64,000 nucleotides of DNA from Octopus bimaculoides. Its lineage: Eukaryota. Position 1 is the stretch's first letter; the number at the start of each line of letters is the position of its first letter. Below are positions 13,248 to 24,811 of this stretch, piece after piece. The stretch is taken from assembly GCF_001194135.2 (NCBI RefSeq), contig NC_068987.1, positions 89,298,133 through 89,362,132 on the forward strand, read 5' to 3'. Below the pieces are notes generated by a model. That model worked only from the letters and a program-made list of their open reading frames with translations, made no database searches and was not told the origin of the DNA. Both the position numbers and the translations under genes were made by a program.

Positions 13248-13889
13248 TATAATATAAAATGTTTATTGTATGTAGATATGGATTCATTATCTCCATCTTA
13301 TAAAAGAATACAAATTTAAAAAATACCCTTGTTGTTGTTGTTGTTGCTACTGCAGTCAGTATTACAGCACAATCAACATAGGCCTGATCATCATTCCCAT
13401 TGCCACCTATAATACAGCTAATACAGGCTTATACAACAGTGCCAAAAGTGCTGACCCCCATAAAAAAAAGTTGCCCATGGCAGACCCCCAAACACCCAGC
13501 TATGCTACTGAGTAGGGCCTGCATTTATCTCAGTTGGGAATCTTTATTTCATGTTTGAAGCTTTAGTCAAACAAATCAACTCCAGCACTTCTTTTTAAGT
13601 CTGATACTTACTCTGTCAGTTTCTTGGTGAACTGCTAAGTTACAGGGACATAAACAACCCAACACCATTGTCAAATGGAGGAAAAGGGAAACAAACACAA
13701 ACCCAAAATCCTGCACAACATACTTCCACACCATCTGCCAAATTCACTCACAAGTCATTGGTCACCCAGGGCTACAGTCACAGACACTTACCCAAAGTGC
13801 TGTGCAGTGGGAGTGAACCCCAAAATACGCGGTTGCAAAGCAAGCTTTTTAATCGCACAGACACGTGTGGTACACAATAAGCACCCTTC

Positions 13890-14245
13890 ATGTGTGGGTC
13901 GTTGTCAGTGCCACCAGACTGGCTCCCTGTGCCGGTGGCATGTAAAAAGCACCATCCGAACATGGCTGATGCCAGTGCCACCAGACTGGCTCCCTGTGCC
14001 GGTGGTACATAAAAAGCATCATTTGAACGTGGCCGATGCCAGGACCACCTGACTGGCTCCTGTGCTGGTGGCACATAAAAAGCACCCACTACACTCTCGG
14101 AGTGGTTGGCTTTAGGAAGGGCATCCAGCTGTAAAAACATTGCCAGATCAGATTGGAGCCTGGTGCAGCCTTCTGGCTTGCCAATCCCCAGTCAAACCAT
14201 CCAACCCATGCCAGCATGGAAAATGGACGTTAAACGATGATAATG
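13890..14245 (+). mobile_element. RTE LINE 3' UTR, preceded by a minus-strand family C SINE at ~13590-13860
   Basis: Same repeat units and terminal block. Confidence 0.8.
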
Positions 14246-14261
14246 ACATGCTTCATCAATA

Positions 14262-14480
14262 TTGGTGGTTCTCAACCATTATTTGCCCACGGAACCCTTT
14301 CATTCAGATTCTGCTCAACTGGGCCCTCATAACCATTCCATGTTTAAAAAATCCTTTAACTGTTTAAAAAGAATTGTTAAAATATTTTGAGTTTTGCAGA
14401 AGCATAATGAAATTATTACACGTAAATTTTAACAACACGGACTCGCAAGGATCATGTTGGCCCTGATTGAGGACCACTGA
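14262..14480. mobile_element. hAT-like MITE
   Basis: Termini tggtggttctcaacc / attgaggaccactg resemble Charlie-type cagtggttctcaa TIRs. Confidence 0.55.
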
Positions 14481-14569
14481 TCTTATATGGGACTTGGGGT
14501 CTGTAAACGTAGTACATTGGGATTTTCAACAGTGAAAATGTCAGGATACCATTTTATATATGTAAAATC

Positions 14570-14778
14570 AATCCTTTAAAATCTCCATGCTTCCTGAAAT
14601 TCGTCAACACTACACCTGATATTCTACCCTCCTCCATACGCATGCACACACGTCTATCATGACTAGTACAGTTCACTTTCCTGATTTTTGTACATAATTC
14701 TATGTACCGTACATACACCTTTAATGAGTTGTAGTACACCTGAGCACTGTACACAATAATTTCATTATTATTATTTTA
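14570..14778 (+). mobile_element. CR1-group LINE 3' UTR with (ATT)n tail
   Basis: Matches the reverse complement of 54245-54470, where the upstream coding remnant is visible. Confidence 0.7.
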
Positions 14779-15226
14779 AAATACACACACGCGTGCGTGT
14801 GTGTGTGTGTGTATTTGTAAGACTGTGTGGTTAAGAAGTTCGCAACTATGTGGTTTCATGTTCAGTTTCACTGCAAAGCAGTCGCCCCTGGTAAGTGTTT
14901 TCCACCAGAGTTCTTGGCCGGCCGATTCTTTGAGAGAGAATTTGCCAAACGGAAACTGTGTGCAAACGGAAGCTTATCGTGGGTGTGTATATGTGCGTGT
15001 ATATATATTATTTCTGTGTTTATGTATATGTCTTGTGATTTTGTGTTTGACAACATCTCTCCTCCCTACCGCTTAACAGCCGGTGTTGGTTTGATTACGC
15101 ATCTTAGTGGTCCGGCAAAGAAGACCAACAGAATAAGTACTGAGGTTGATTCATTCAACTAAAATCCATAAAGGCAGTGCTACAGCATGGCCGTAGTACA
15201 ATCTCTGAAACAAGTAAAAAATAAAA

Positions 15227-15259
<33 letters not shown>

Positions 15260-15263
<4 letters not shown>

Positions 15264-15405
15264 ATCTAGGGAGAGTCATTCTGTTTTAGCGCCTTATTAT
15301 CTAACACAGTCACCGGTTCGATTTCCACTCATTTACTGATTTTTTTCTCAAATCGAACCGGTGTTTTAAATAAGACACTAAAAGCGAATGACTCTCACCA
15401 GACAA
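15260..15405. mobile_element. Palindromic MITE inserted in (TA)n
   Basis: Arms gagagtcattc...accggttcgattt / aaatcgaaccggt...gaatgactctc; TA flanks. Confidence 0.7.
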
Positions 15406-15461
15406 TAAAATATGCTTCAACACACGAATTTACATAAAGAATCTTGCAAACCAAATACAAA

Positions 15462-15502
<41 letters not shown>

Positions 15503-18500
15503 CGTCTCTGCGGGTTTACATGTGTAACATGAGGAAATGTTTGTTCTACATAAAGCTGAAAATATCTTTTTCATCTAAAAAAAAAACCCTACTGGTTGTG
15601 ATATCTGTGCATGCTACAACTAACAGAAGACAAAAATACCTGTATACTACGTGCGTATTTTAGTTGTAATACATCTAGCATGCTGCTGCTTTACGCAATA
15701 AAAGACAGCTTGATGGGGGGCAACGTGGAAGACACTGCAGACAATAGACCTGCTAGAAATAGCTCCCAAACAATACCCTTGCGACGTAAGATAGGACACA
15801 CGGGACAATGAGGGCCTAAGCAAACTATTCGCCGAAAAAACTGGGTTTGGTCACAGGTCTGCTAAATCGAAGTTGATATGGGGACAGGTCGCTTTAATAT
15901 AGATTGACAGAATGTATAAAATGACAAAATTAAAAATTAACATTTTCGTGGTGATAATAATTTGAACGTCTGTATAAAAATATATACAGTCGGCTGCAAT
16001 TATAATCACATCGATTATTATTATTGTTAATAATAATTATTATTATAGTGTGACTAAGCACAATGATTTTGGTGGAGGGGAAATAATAGGGGAATAGACA
16101 AGGTCGTGGCTTGAAATAGTATGACAGTCTTATATAAATGTGAACTCTAAATATACCCACAACCATATTTCGAACTCACAAATGTATCACATTAACTCAA
16201 TTTCCGCAAAAATGAAACAGTTTTTAAATACCAACATATATTCCAAATATTAAAATATAACGAAGGAATTAAAATGATAAAGCGGATCATATGTTCTGGT
16301 ATACGATGATCAAATACGTAAAAGAAAATCCGGTTTCAATTCCGGCTGAAGGTAATTGTAGTTTTCTTACTCCTCTAATATACTCGAGGAAAAGTGTGAA
16401 CACAACTACCCATTTCTCCCGACTCTTAAAACTACACGAGCTTTCATTCAAGTCACCAAATATTTCAATATATTGTTGAAAGCGATACGGTTCCGATTCT
16501 CAAATGAAATAAAATTCATTTCATTTCAAGCATTTCTAAAATCCTTCAGAAAGGTGTGAACATCACAACACAATCTTAATTTCCTCATCACTTAAGAATC
16601 AGACACCTGTCTTACGTAAGAGAAAAAAAAATCAATGATACTACTATACACGGCCAGATATAACATTTTGATATTAAATATATTTTCATTACTCTGAAGA
16701 TGATAATGGTCGCACAAACGATATCCTTGTGTTTTATACTAAGTGTAACATTTCTTTAAATAATTCGCCCGATCAGTGAAATAGGTTAGACATAAGAATG
16801 ACTTTGAGGTGTCGGAGCAAACAACCGGGCAATGTCATGACCTCAGAAGTTAAAAGTACCGGCCAATATCAACGTCAAATCTACGTCACATATTATAACT
16901 ACAATAGCGCAAACACAAACACCAAAAAAAAAAAAGGAAAATGTTCTTACGGAAGACTCTACATGTCTAAATTGAAGAATCAGACTAAGAACTGTTTTTG
17001 CCCTGCAACACAATAAATAAATCAATAAAATAATAATAAAAAGAGAATCGCATTACAGGTTCAGTTCCAATGCACAGCCGTACTTCTTTCGTTTATATAA
17101 CTGATAGTTTTCTGAAATGTGGGGCTTCAGAAATGTGTTTTCCTTTCCTTTTTTGATAGCAATGCAGTTGATTTATTTCTGGATAATCTTTTTGTACAAG
17201 AGATAAAGGCAGTGCCCATCACCCTTTACAAAGTCTTCAAAACTGGTAGGGGGGGAGAGACATCTTCATACTGGAGACCTGATCCAAATGCTGATAACAA
17301 TGTGAGGTCTATTAAAGGAACTCATCATCACCATCATCATCATCATCATCATTTAACATCCGCTTCCCATGCTGGCACAGGTTGGACAGGATCTGGTAAG
17401 GTCAGGGACTGCACCAGGTTCCATAGTCTGTTTGGCATGGTTTGCTACAGCTGGATGCCCTTCCTAATGCCAACCACTTTACAGAGTGTACTGGGTGCTT
17501 TTTACATGGCACCAACACCAGTGCTTTTTATGTGGTATTAATGCCAATACCTTTTACATGGTACCAGCACCAGTACTTTTTACATGGTACCTTTATTTTC
17601 GGATATTTATTTTGTTGTAGTCGGCAGGTCTTCTTGAATAAAGCCATACGCCACGTATCTAGGTCCTCCGTCATCTCAACATAAGCTCAACATTTTGAGA
17701 TCAAACTTCAATATTTCATCCCATGTCTTCCTGGGTCTCCCTCTTCCACAACTTCCCTCCACTCTAACCCTTTCGTTACTGTATTTATTTTGAGATGCTC
17801 TGTGTTTCTTTCAATTAATTTTAAATATAGCAAAGAATTTAGTAAAAATAACTTAAATTGTGACTANNNNNNNNNNNNNNNNNNNNNNNNNNNNNNNNNN
17901 NNNNNNNNNNNNNNNNNNNNNNNNNNNNNNNNNNNNNNNNNNNNNNNNNNNNNNNNNNNNNNNNNNNNNNNNNNNNNNNNNNNNNNNNNNNNNNNNNNNN
18001 NNNNNNNNNNNNNNNNNNNNNNNNNNNNNNNNNNNNNNNNNNNNNNNNNNNNNNNNNNNNNNNNNNNNNNNNNNNNNNNNNNNNNNNNNNNNNNNNNNNN
18101 NNNNNNNNNNNNNNNNNNNNNNNNNNNNNNNNNNNNNNNNNNNNNNNNNNNNNNNNNNNNNNNNNNNNNNNNNNNNNNNNNNNNNNNNNNNNNNNNNNNN
18201 NNNNNNNNNNNNNNNNNNNNNNNNNNNNNNNNNNNNNNNNNNNNNNNNNNNNNNNNNNNNNNNNNNNNNNNNNNNNNNNNNNNNNNNNNNNNNNNNNNNN
18301 NNNNNNNNNNNNNNNNNNNNNNNNNNNNNNNNNNNNNNNNNNNNNNNNNNNNNNNNNNNNNNNNNNNNNNNNNNNNNNNNNNNNNNNNNNNNNNNNNNNN
18401 NNNNNNNNNNNNNNNNNNNNNNNNNNNNNNNNNNNNNNNNNNNNNNNNNNNNNNNNNNNNNNNNNNNNNNNNNNNNNNNNNNNNNNNNNNNNNNNNNNNN

Positions 18501-18658
18501 NNNNNNNNNNNNNNNNNNNNNNNNNNNNNNNNNNNNNNNNNNNNNNNNNNNNNNNNNNNNNNNNNNNNNNNNNNNNNNNNNNNNNNNNNNNNNNNNNNNN
18601 NNNNNNNNNNNNNNNNNNNNNNNNNNNNNNNNNNNNNNNNNNNNNNNNNNNNNNNNNN

Positions 18659-18990
18659 CGATCTAGGGTCAGTTGTGTGATGTGCGGCCGAGCGTTGTCA
18701 TGGAAAAGAATTGGTCCTTTTCTATTGACCAATGCTGGCTGTTGTTGTCGGAGTTTCTTATGCATTTCATCCATTTGCTGACAGTACTTCTCCACTATAA
18801 TGGTTTTGCCCGGATCCAAAAAGCTGTGATGGATGAGACCGGCCGAAGACCACTGAACCGTCACCATGACTTTCTTTTGGTGCAACTTTGGCTTTGGGAA
18901 GTGCCGTGGAACTTTGTTGGCGTCCAACCACTGAGCTGAGCATCGCCGGTTGTCGTAAAGAATCCACTTTCCATCATGAGTCACAATCCA
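18659..18990 (-). mobile_element. Mariner transposase fragment similar to Hsmar1/cecropia subfamily (truncated by gap)
   Basis: KWILYDNRRCSAQWLD...HFPKPKLHQKKVMVTV.WSSAGLIHHSFLDPGKTI...ALVNRKGPILFHDNARPH, including the HDNARPH second catalytic-Asp motif. Confidence 0.9.
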
Positions 18991-19251
18991 GTCGAGAAAC
19001 AGGTCATTCTTGTTGCATAAAAGAAGTGTGTGTGTGTGTCAAATGGCACCTGTGCTGCAGTGGCACGTGAAAGTACCCATTACACTCTCGGAGTGGTTGG
19101 CATTAGGGAGGGCATCCAGCCATAGAAAACCATGCCGAATCAGACTGGAGGCTGGTGCGGCCATCCAGCTTACTAGCCTTGGTAAATTGTCCAACCTATG
19201 CTAGCATGGACAATGGATGCTAAATGAGGATAATGGTGATGATAATATATA

Positions 19252-19286
<35 letters not shown>

Positions 19287-19604
19287 CATCATCATCATCA
19301 TCATCATCATCGTTTAACGTCCGCTTTCTATGCTAGCATGGGTTGGACGACTTGACTGAGGACTGGTGAAACCGGATGGCAACACCAGGCTCCAATCTAA
19401 ATTTGGCAGNNNNNNNNNNNNNNNNNNNNNNNNNNNNNNNNNNNNNNNNNNNNNNNNNNNNNNNNNNNNNNNNNNNNNNNNNNNNNNNNNNNNNNNNNNN
19501 NNNNNNNNNNNNNNNNNNNNNNNNNNNNNNNNNNNNNNNNNNNNNNNNNNNNNNNNNNNNNNNNNNNNNNNNNNNNNNNNNNNNNNNNNNNNNNNNNNNN
19601 NNNN

Positions 19605-19647
<43 letters not shown>

Positions 19648-19914
19648 CATGTATAGAGTGTTTGAGGTGGTATATAGATATTCTGACTGCCTCCTTTTTC
19701 TCAATATACTAATATTGAGAAAAAGGAGGCAGTCAGAATTTTGGATAATTCTTTAGTAGCGCTTTCGTTCGTTTATCAAACTCATGAAGACAAAATCAAA
19801 ATCATTGTGATTTTGTCTTGACGAGTTCGATAAATGACCGAAAGTGCAAATAAACAATTACCCAAAATTCTGACTGCCCCCTTTTTCTCAATATATATAT
19901 ATATCCTCATCATT

Positions 19915-21285
19915 CATCATCATTTAGCATCCATTGTCTATGCTGGCATGGGTTGGACGGTTTAACCAGGGCTGATTAGCTGGAAGGCTGCACCAGACTC
20001 CAGTCTGATTTGGTATGGTTTTCTACAGCTGGATGCCCTTCCTAATGCCAACGACTCCAAGAGTGTAGTGGGTGCTTTTATGTGCCACCAGCATGGGTGC
20101 CATTTGCATGACACCCGTTTATACCATAACTGCAGTTTTGCTTGGCTTGATAGGTCTTCTTCTCAAGCACAGCATAAGGCCAAAGATCATGGTTATTTCC
20201 TCTGTGAGGCCCAACATTTGAAAGGAGCTCAACCACTATGTCTCCGTGTGGTTAAGCACTCAAAAGGTGCTTTTTAAATGTGCCACCTGCACAGGTGCTG
20301 GTTACGTGGCACCAGCATCAGCCACAACTGCCATTTCACTTGGCTTGAAGGGTCTTCTCAAGCACAGCATATCGCCAAAGGTCTCAGTCATTAGTCATTG
20401 CCTCTTTGAGGCCCAAAGTTCACAGATCATGCTTCACCACCTCATCTCATATCTTCCTGGGTCTACCTCTACCACAGGTTCCTTCTATAGTTAGGGATCG
20501 GTACTTCTTTACACAGCTGTCCTCGTCCATACACATCATATGACTATACCAGCCCAGTCGTGTCTCTTGCATACCACATCTGATTCCTCTTATGCCTAAT
20601 TTTTCTCTCAAGATGTTTATACTCTGTCGAACAGGCACACTGCACATCAAGTGAATCTTACTGGCTTCATTTCTTTCAAGCTTATGCATTTCCTTGGCTA
20701 TGTAGCATAGCTGTTCACACACAGGCATCATACAATCTCCCTTTCACTCTGAAAGAGAAGCCCTTTGATGCCAGTAGAGGCAGGAGCCCTCTAAATTTTC
20801 CCCAGCCTAATCTTATTCTCACAGCTATGCTCTCAGGGCACCCCAGTCCGCTACTAACTTGATTACCAAGGTAACGGAAGCTATCTACTACCTCTAACTT
20901 ACCCCCATGGCAGTTGATGGAGTCTATTTTCTGTACATTTTCGGTGTTTATTGTACCTGTGCATTTTCCACACACGTCCATAGCTTACACCGGGAACATC
21001 TTATGGAGTTTCTACCTACACCTTTTCTACAGATTGAGCAGGGCCATCAACTTGAAGGGATTTGTGATTTGTCTGCCTTCCTACTTACTAAGACTTTGGT
21101 CTTTGCTAGGTTGACTGTGAGGCCCTTCGATTTTAGACTTTGTTTCCATACCTCGAACTTCTTCTCTAGTTCTGGTAGTGGTTCAGCTTTTAGAGCAAGG
21201 TCATCAGTATAGAGGAGCTCCCAAGGATATCCTGTCTTGAATTCCTCTGTTACTGCCTGGAGGACTATAATGAACACACACACAC
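19915..21285 (-). mobile_element. Degenerate 5'-truncated RTE LINE (RT domain to 3' tail)
   Basis: PWELLYTDDLAL (YxDD-type), GLTVNLAKTKVL, LEVVDSFRYLG, GRLYDACV, RGRPRK motifs across frameshifted ORFs; 3' UTR and (GAT)n tail. Confidence 0.9.
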
Positions 21286-21644
21286 ATTGAAAATGGGAAG
21301 GCTGGTTTATGGGATTGCCTTAGGTTTCCTGTCCATAAAGGGTTTAGCTTTATAGTGTATCGTCAGATCCCAAAAACCTGTTGGGCCCATGATCTCTTAA
21401 TATATACTGCTCTACATCTTAGTGAGTGCTTCTTCTTCCAGATTTATCATCATCATCATCATCCTTATCAGCGCTTAATGTCCGTTTTCCATGCTGGCAT
21501 GGGTTGGACGGTTTGACTGGGGACTGGCAAGCCAGGAGGCTGCATCAGGCTCCAATTTAATCTGGCAATGTTTCTACAGCTGGATGCCCTTCCTAATGCC
21601 AACCACTTTGAGAGTGTAGTGGGTGCTTTTTATGTGCCACCTGG

Positions 21645-22853
21645 TATAAAATTGACTATAAGAAAATAAACCATCTATTTTATACGGATGACTTAAAACT
21701 CTACGGTAAAGAGAATAATGAGCTTGAAGGCTTATTACATACTGTGAAAGCATTCAGTGACGACATCAGGATGGAATTTGGTCTTGATAAATGTGAGATG
21801 GCCACTTTCCAGAAAGGGAAACTGAAGACTTCAAATTCAGTTGTGTTAGCCAGAAATGAAGGTGGATAGGGTTAATATCAGAAGAAAACTGCATGGAGTT
21901 AGCTAGAGTAGATATAGACTCCTATGTAGGTAATAGTGAAAAATGTTTATTAAAAGCTGCTTGAGTCACAGCAAGACACAGGGAAACCAAAATCCCAATC
22001 AAAGTTAAAAACCAGAAAAAGAACAGAAATTATCAGACTGGCAGAAGAAGGCATTCTGTGGTAGGTTCCCAAAGATAGTTGCAGCAAATAGTGGTAGTGA
22101 GGCATGGTTATGGTTGCAGAAAGGAAAGCTGAAAAGGGAGACAGAAAGTTTGTTAGTAGCTGCACAAGATCAAGCACTAAGGACTAATTCGATAAAAGCC
22201 AAGATAGACAAAAACCAAGTAGATTCCCAATGTAAATTATGCGGAAAGCGTTACTCATATAGTAAGTGAATGTAGCTTGCTGGCACAAAATGAATACAAG
22301 CAATCTACTGGGAGCTATGTAGAAAGCTAGGATTTGAACATATTGATAAATGGTATGAACATGAACCTAGTAAAGTATTAGAAAGTAAGAAATACAAGAT
22401 GTTATGGGATTTTAACTTTCAGACTGACAGAGTAATAGAAACTAGAAGGCCTGATTTGGTAGTAGTAGATAAAGAGAATAGAAAGTGCCAGATAACTTAC
22501 AGTCCCAAATGATGAGATAACAATAATAATAAGTATAGAAAAAATAGCAAAGTACCAGGACCTAGCTATTGAATTACAGAGACTATAGAAAGTGTGGGTA
22601 ACATGTATCCCAGTAGTTATAGGTGCATTGGGAACTATCCCTAAAGATCTGAACAGCTGGATAGAGGAAATAGGCATAAAACCTGGTTTAGTACAGCTGC
22701 AGAAAACAGTGTTATTAGGGACAGCTAGGATATTTAGGAGGGTTCTTGGCATCTAAGGTTACTTGTTGTAACCTGAAATTAAGATTCTTTTTTTTCCAGC
22801 AGTCTAATCTGTTAAGTGTATATGAAAATAATAACAACAACAACAACAACAAC

Positions 22854-22918
<65 letters not shown>

Positions 22919-22920
22919 GA
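21645..22920 (+). mobile_element. Degenerate, internally deleted R4/Dong-type non-LTR retrotransposon ending in (AAC/AAT)n
   Basis: INHLFYTDDLKLYGK...FSDDIRMEFGLDKC (RT), then KWYEHEPSKVLE...LWDFNFQTDRVIETRRPDLVVVDK...KYQDLAIEL...IPVVIGALG...LQKTVLLGTARIFRRVL* (RLE); microsatellite 22828-22918. Confidence 0.88.
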
Positions 22921-24498
22921 TTAATAATCATAATCTGTCCTGTTGGGGTATAGTGGCATCCTGTCAGTTGCCTGTATTTTGGTCAGGTCCCTTGTCTGGG
23001 AATAACTTCCTCCCTTCCTTCCATCTGTCTTGGATGCCCTGGGATAGGTTATACTTACTGGCCTTTCTCTTCTAAGTCTGGTGAGAGGGAGTGTTATAGA
23101 TTGAGATTAAGTTCAGAAAACAATAACGATAATAAAGAAAACAGCTGACGGAGGTGACATATAACTATCGACTGTTGATATAACCTTTTTAACAATATTA
23201 TTAAAATCAAAAGATAGGTCACCTATCACTCTATTTCTTATGTGTTAATCATTTGAGTTTAACACACATATCTAATACAGAAGTTGTGTGATATAATATA
23301 GTATCTTGTTAATCTGATCAAAGAGGAGAACCAGGTACTCTTCTAGATATTTGCAAATTTATTAGTTAAAACCAGAGGAGGTATGGTTACAGCCATGCTC
23401 TTTGCAGTTCTTCCTAGATTTATGAGATTATTGCCATTGATGGCTTTGTTTGAATTTCTGTCAGTGGCATGGGAATTTCAGAGGGTTCTATTCAGGAGAG
23501 GAAGGATTGGTTACTGTTTAGTTAAATAGTGACACATAGAGTGGAGGATGAGATGAGGAGAGATAGGTGGGTCAGAGTAAAAGCTGTATGTTGTTTGCTA
23601 GTTTAGGTCTAATAAGATCTATTGTTGTAGTGATGGAACCAGCTAATGGACATAACAGTATGTTTATGCAATAGTCATGGATGGGCTGTAGCATGTTGGA
23701 GAATGATTATGTTCTTGTTTGGTGGAGAAAAAAAGTATAAACTTCTTCCAAGATCCACAAAGCTGTTGTTTCACTTTAGATCAACCCTGATTGAGTAGAC
23801 TACGTATTACCCTACCACCCTATTTTTTTCTTATATAAATGAAAAAAAGGGCTACATTCAAGAACTTTTGCAGGATCTCCAAGACAAGTGGGAGAAAGGG
23901 AAAAATTATTCTCATATTGGCGTATCTGGTTTGAATGCTTGCCTAAAACTGGTGTTCATTGACAATATCAAGACACTTTAATGCGATGGTTAGTCATGTG
24001 TTCTTCTTAGGTTGTTCAAAAATTTGGAAGTTTTTGTGTGTAGACATTGACCACACTCATCATCCTCATCATCATCATTTAACATCCGTTTTCCATGCTG
24101 GCATGGGTTGGAGAGTTTGACTGAAAACTGGTAAGCCGGGGAGCTGCTGGGCCAGGTTCCAATCTGATTTGGCAATGTTTCTACAGCTGGATGCTCTTCC
24201 TAATGCCAACCACTCCAAGAGTATTATAGTGGGTGCCTTTTATGTGTCACTGGTACAGGTGTCATTGATGTGACACCGGCATCGCCCATGACTACAATAT
24301 CACTTGGCTTCACAGATCTTCACAAGCACAGTGTATCATCAAAGGTCTCCATCACCTGTTACTGTCTCCATGAGGCCCATCACTCGAGTGGTGCTTTTAT
24401 GTGCCACTGGCAAGGGTGCTAGTCAGATGGTGCTGGCAGAATTTCCAATTATTTAATTAACCTGCATCGTTATACAAGTATGGAAGACAAACATTAAG

Positions 24499-24542
<44 letters not shown>

Positions 24543-24811
24543 GTGATGATGATGGTGATGATGATGATGATGATGATGTACATTGAATAAATTAATGGAT
24601 CAATGTTTGATAAACATAATGATTACGAATCTTCTGTATTTAACTTGGTGGATTATAAAATCATCATCATTTAGTGTCTGTTGTTCATGCTGGCATGGGT
24701 TGGACAGTTCAACCATGGCTGGTAAGCTGGAAGGCTACACCAGACTCCAGTCTGATTTAGCATTGTTTCTACAGCTGGATGCCCTTCCTAATGCCAACCA
24801 CTCCATGAGTC

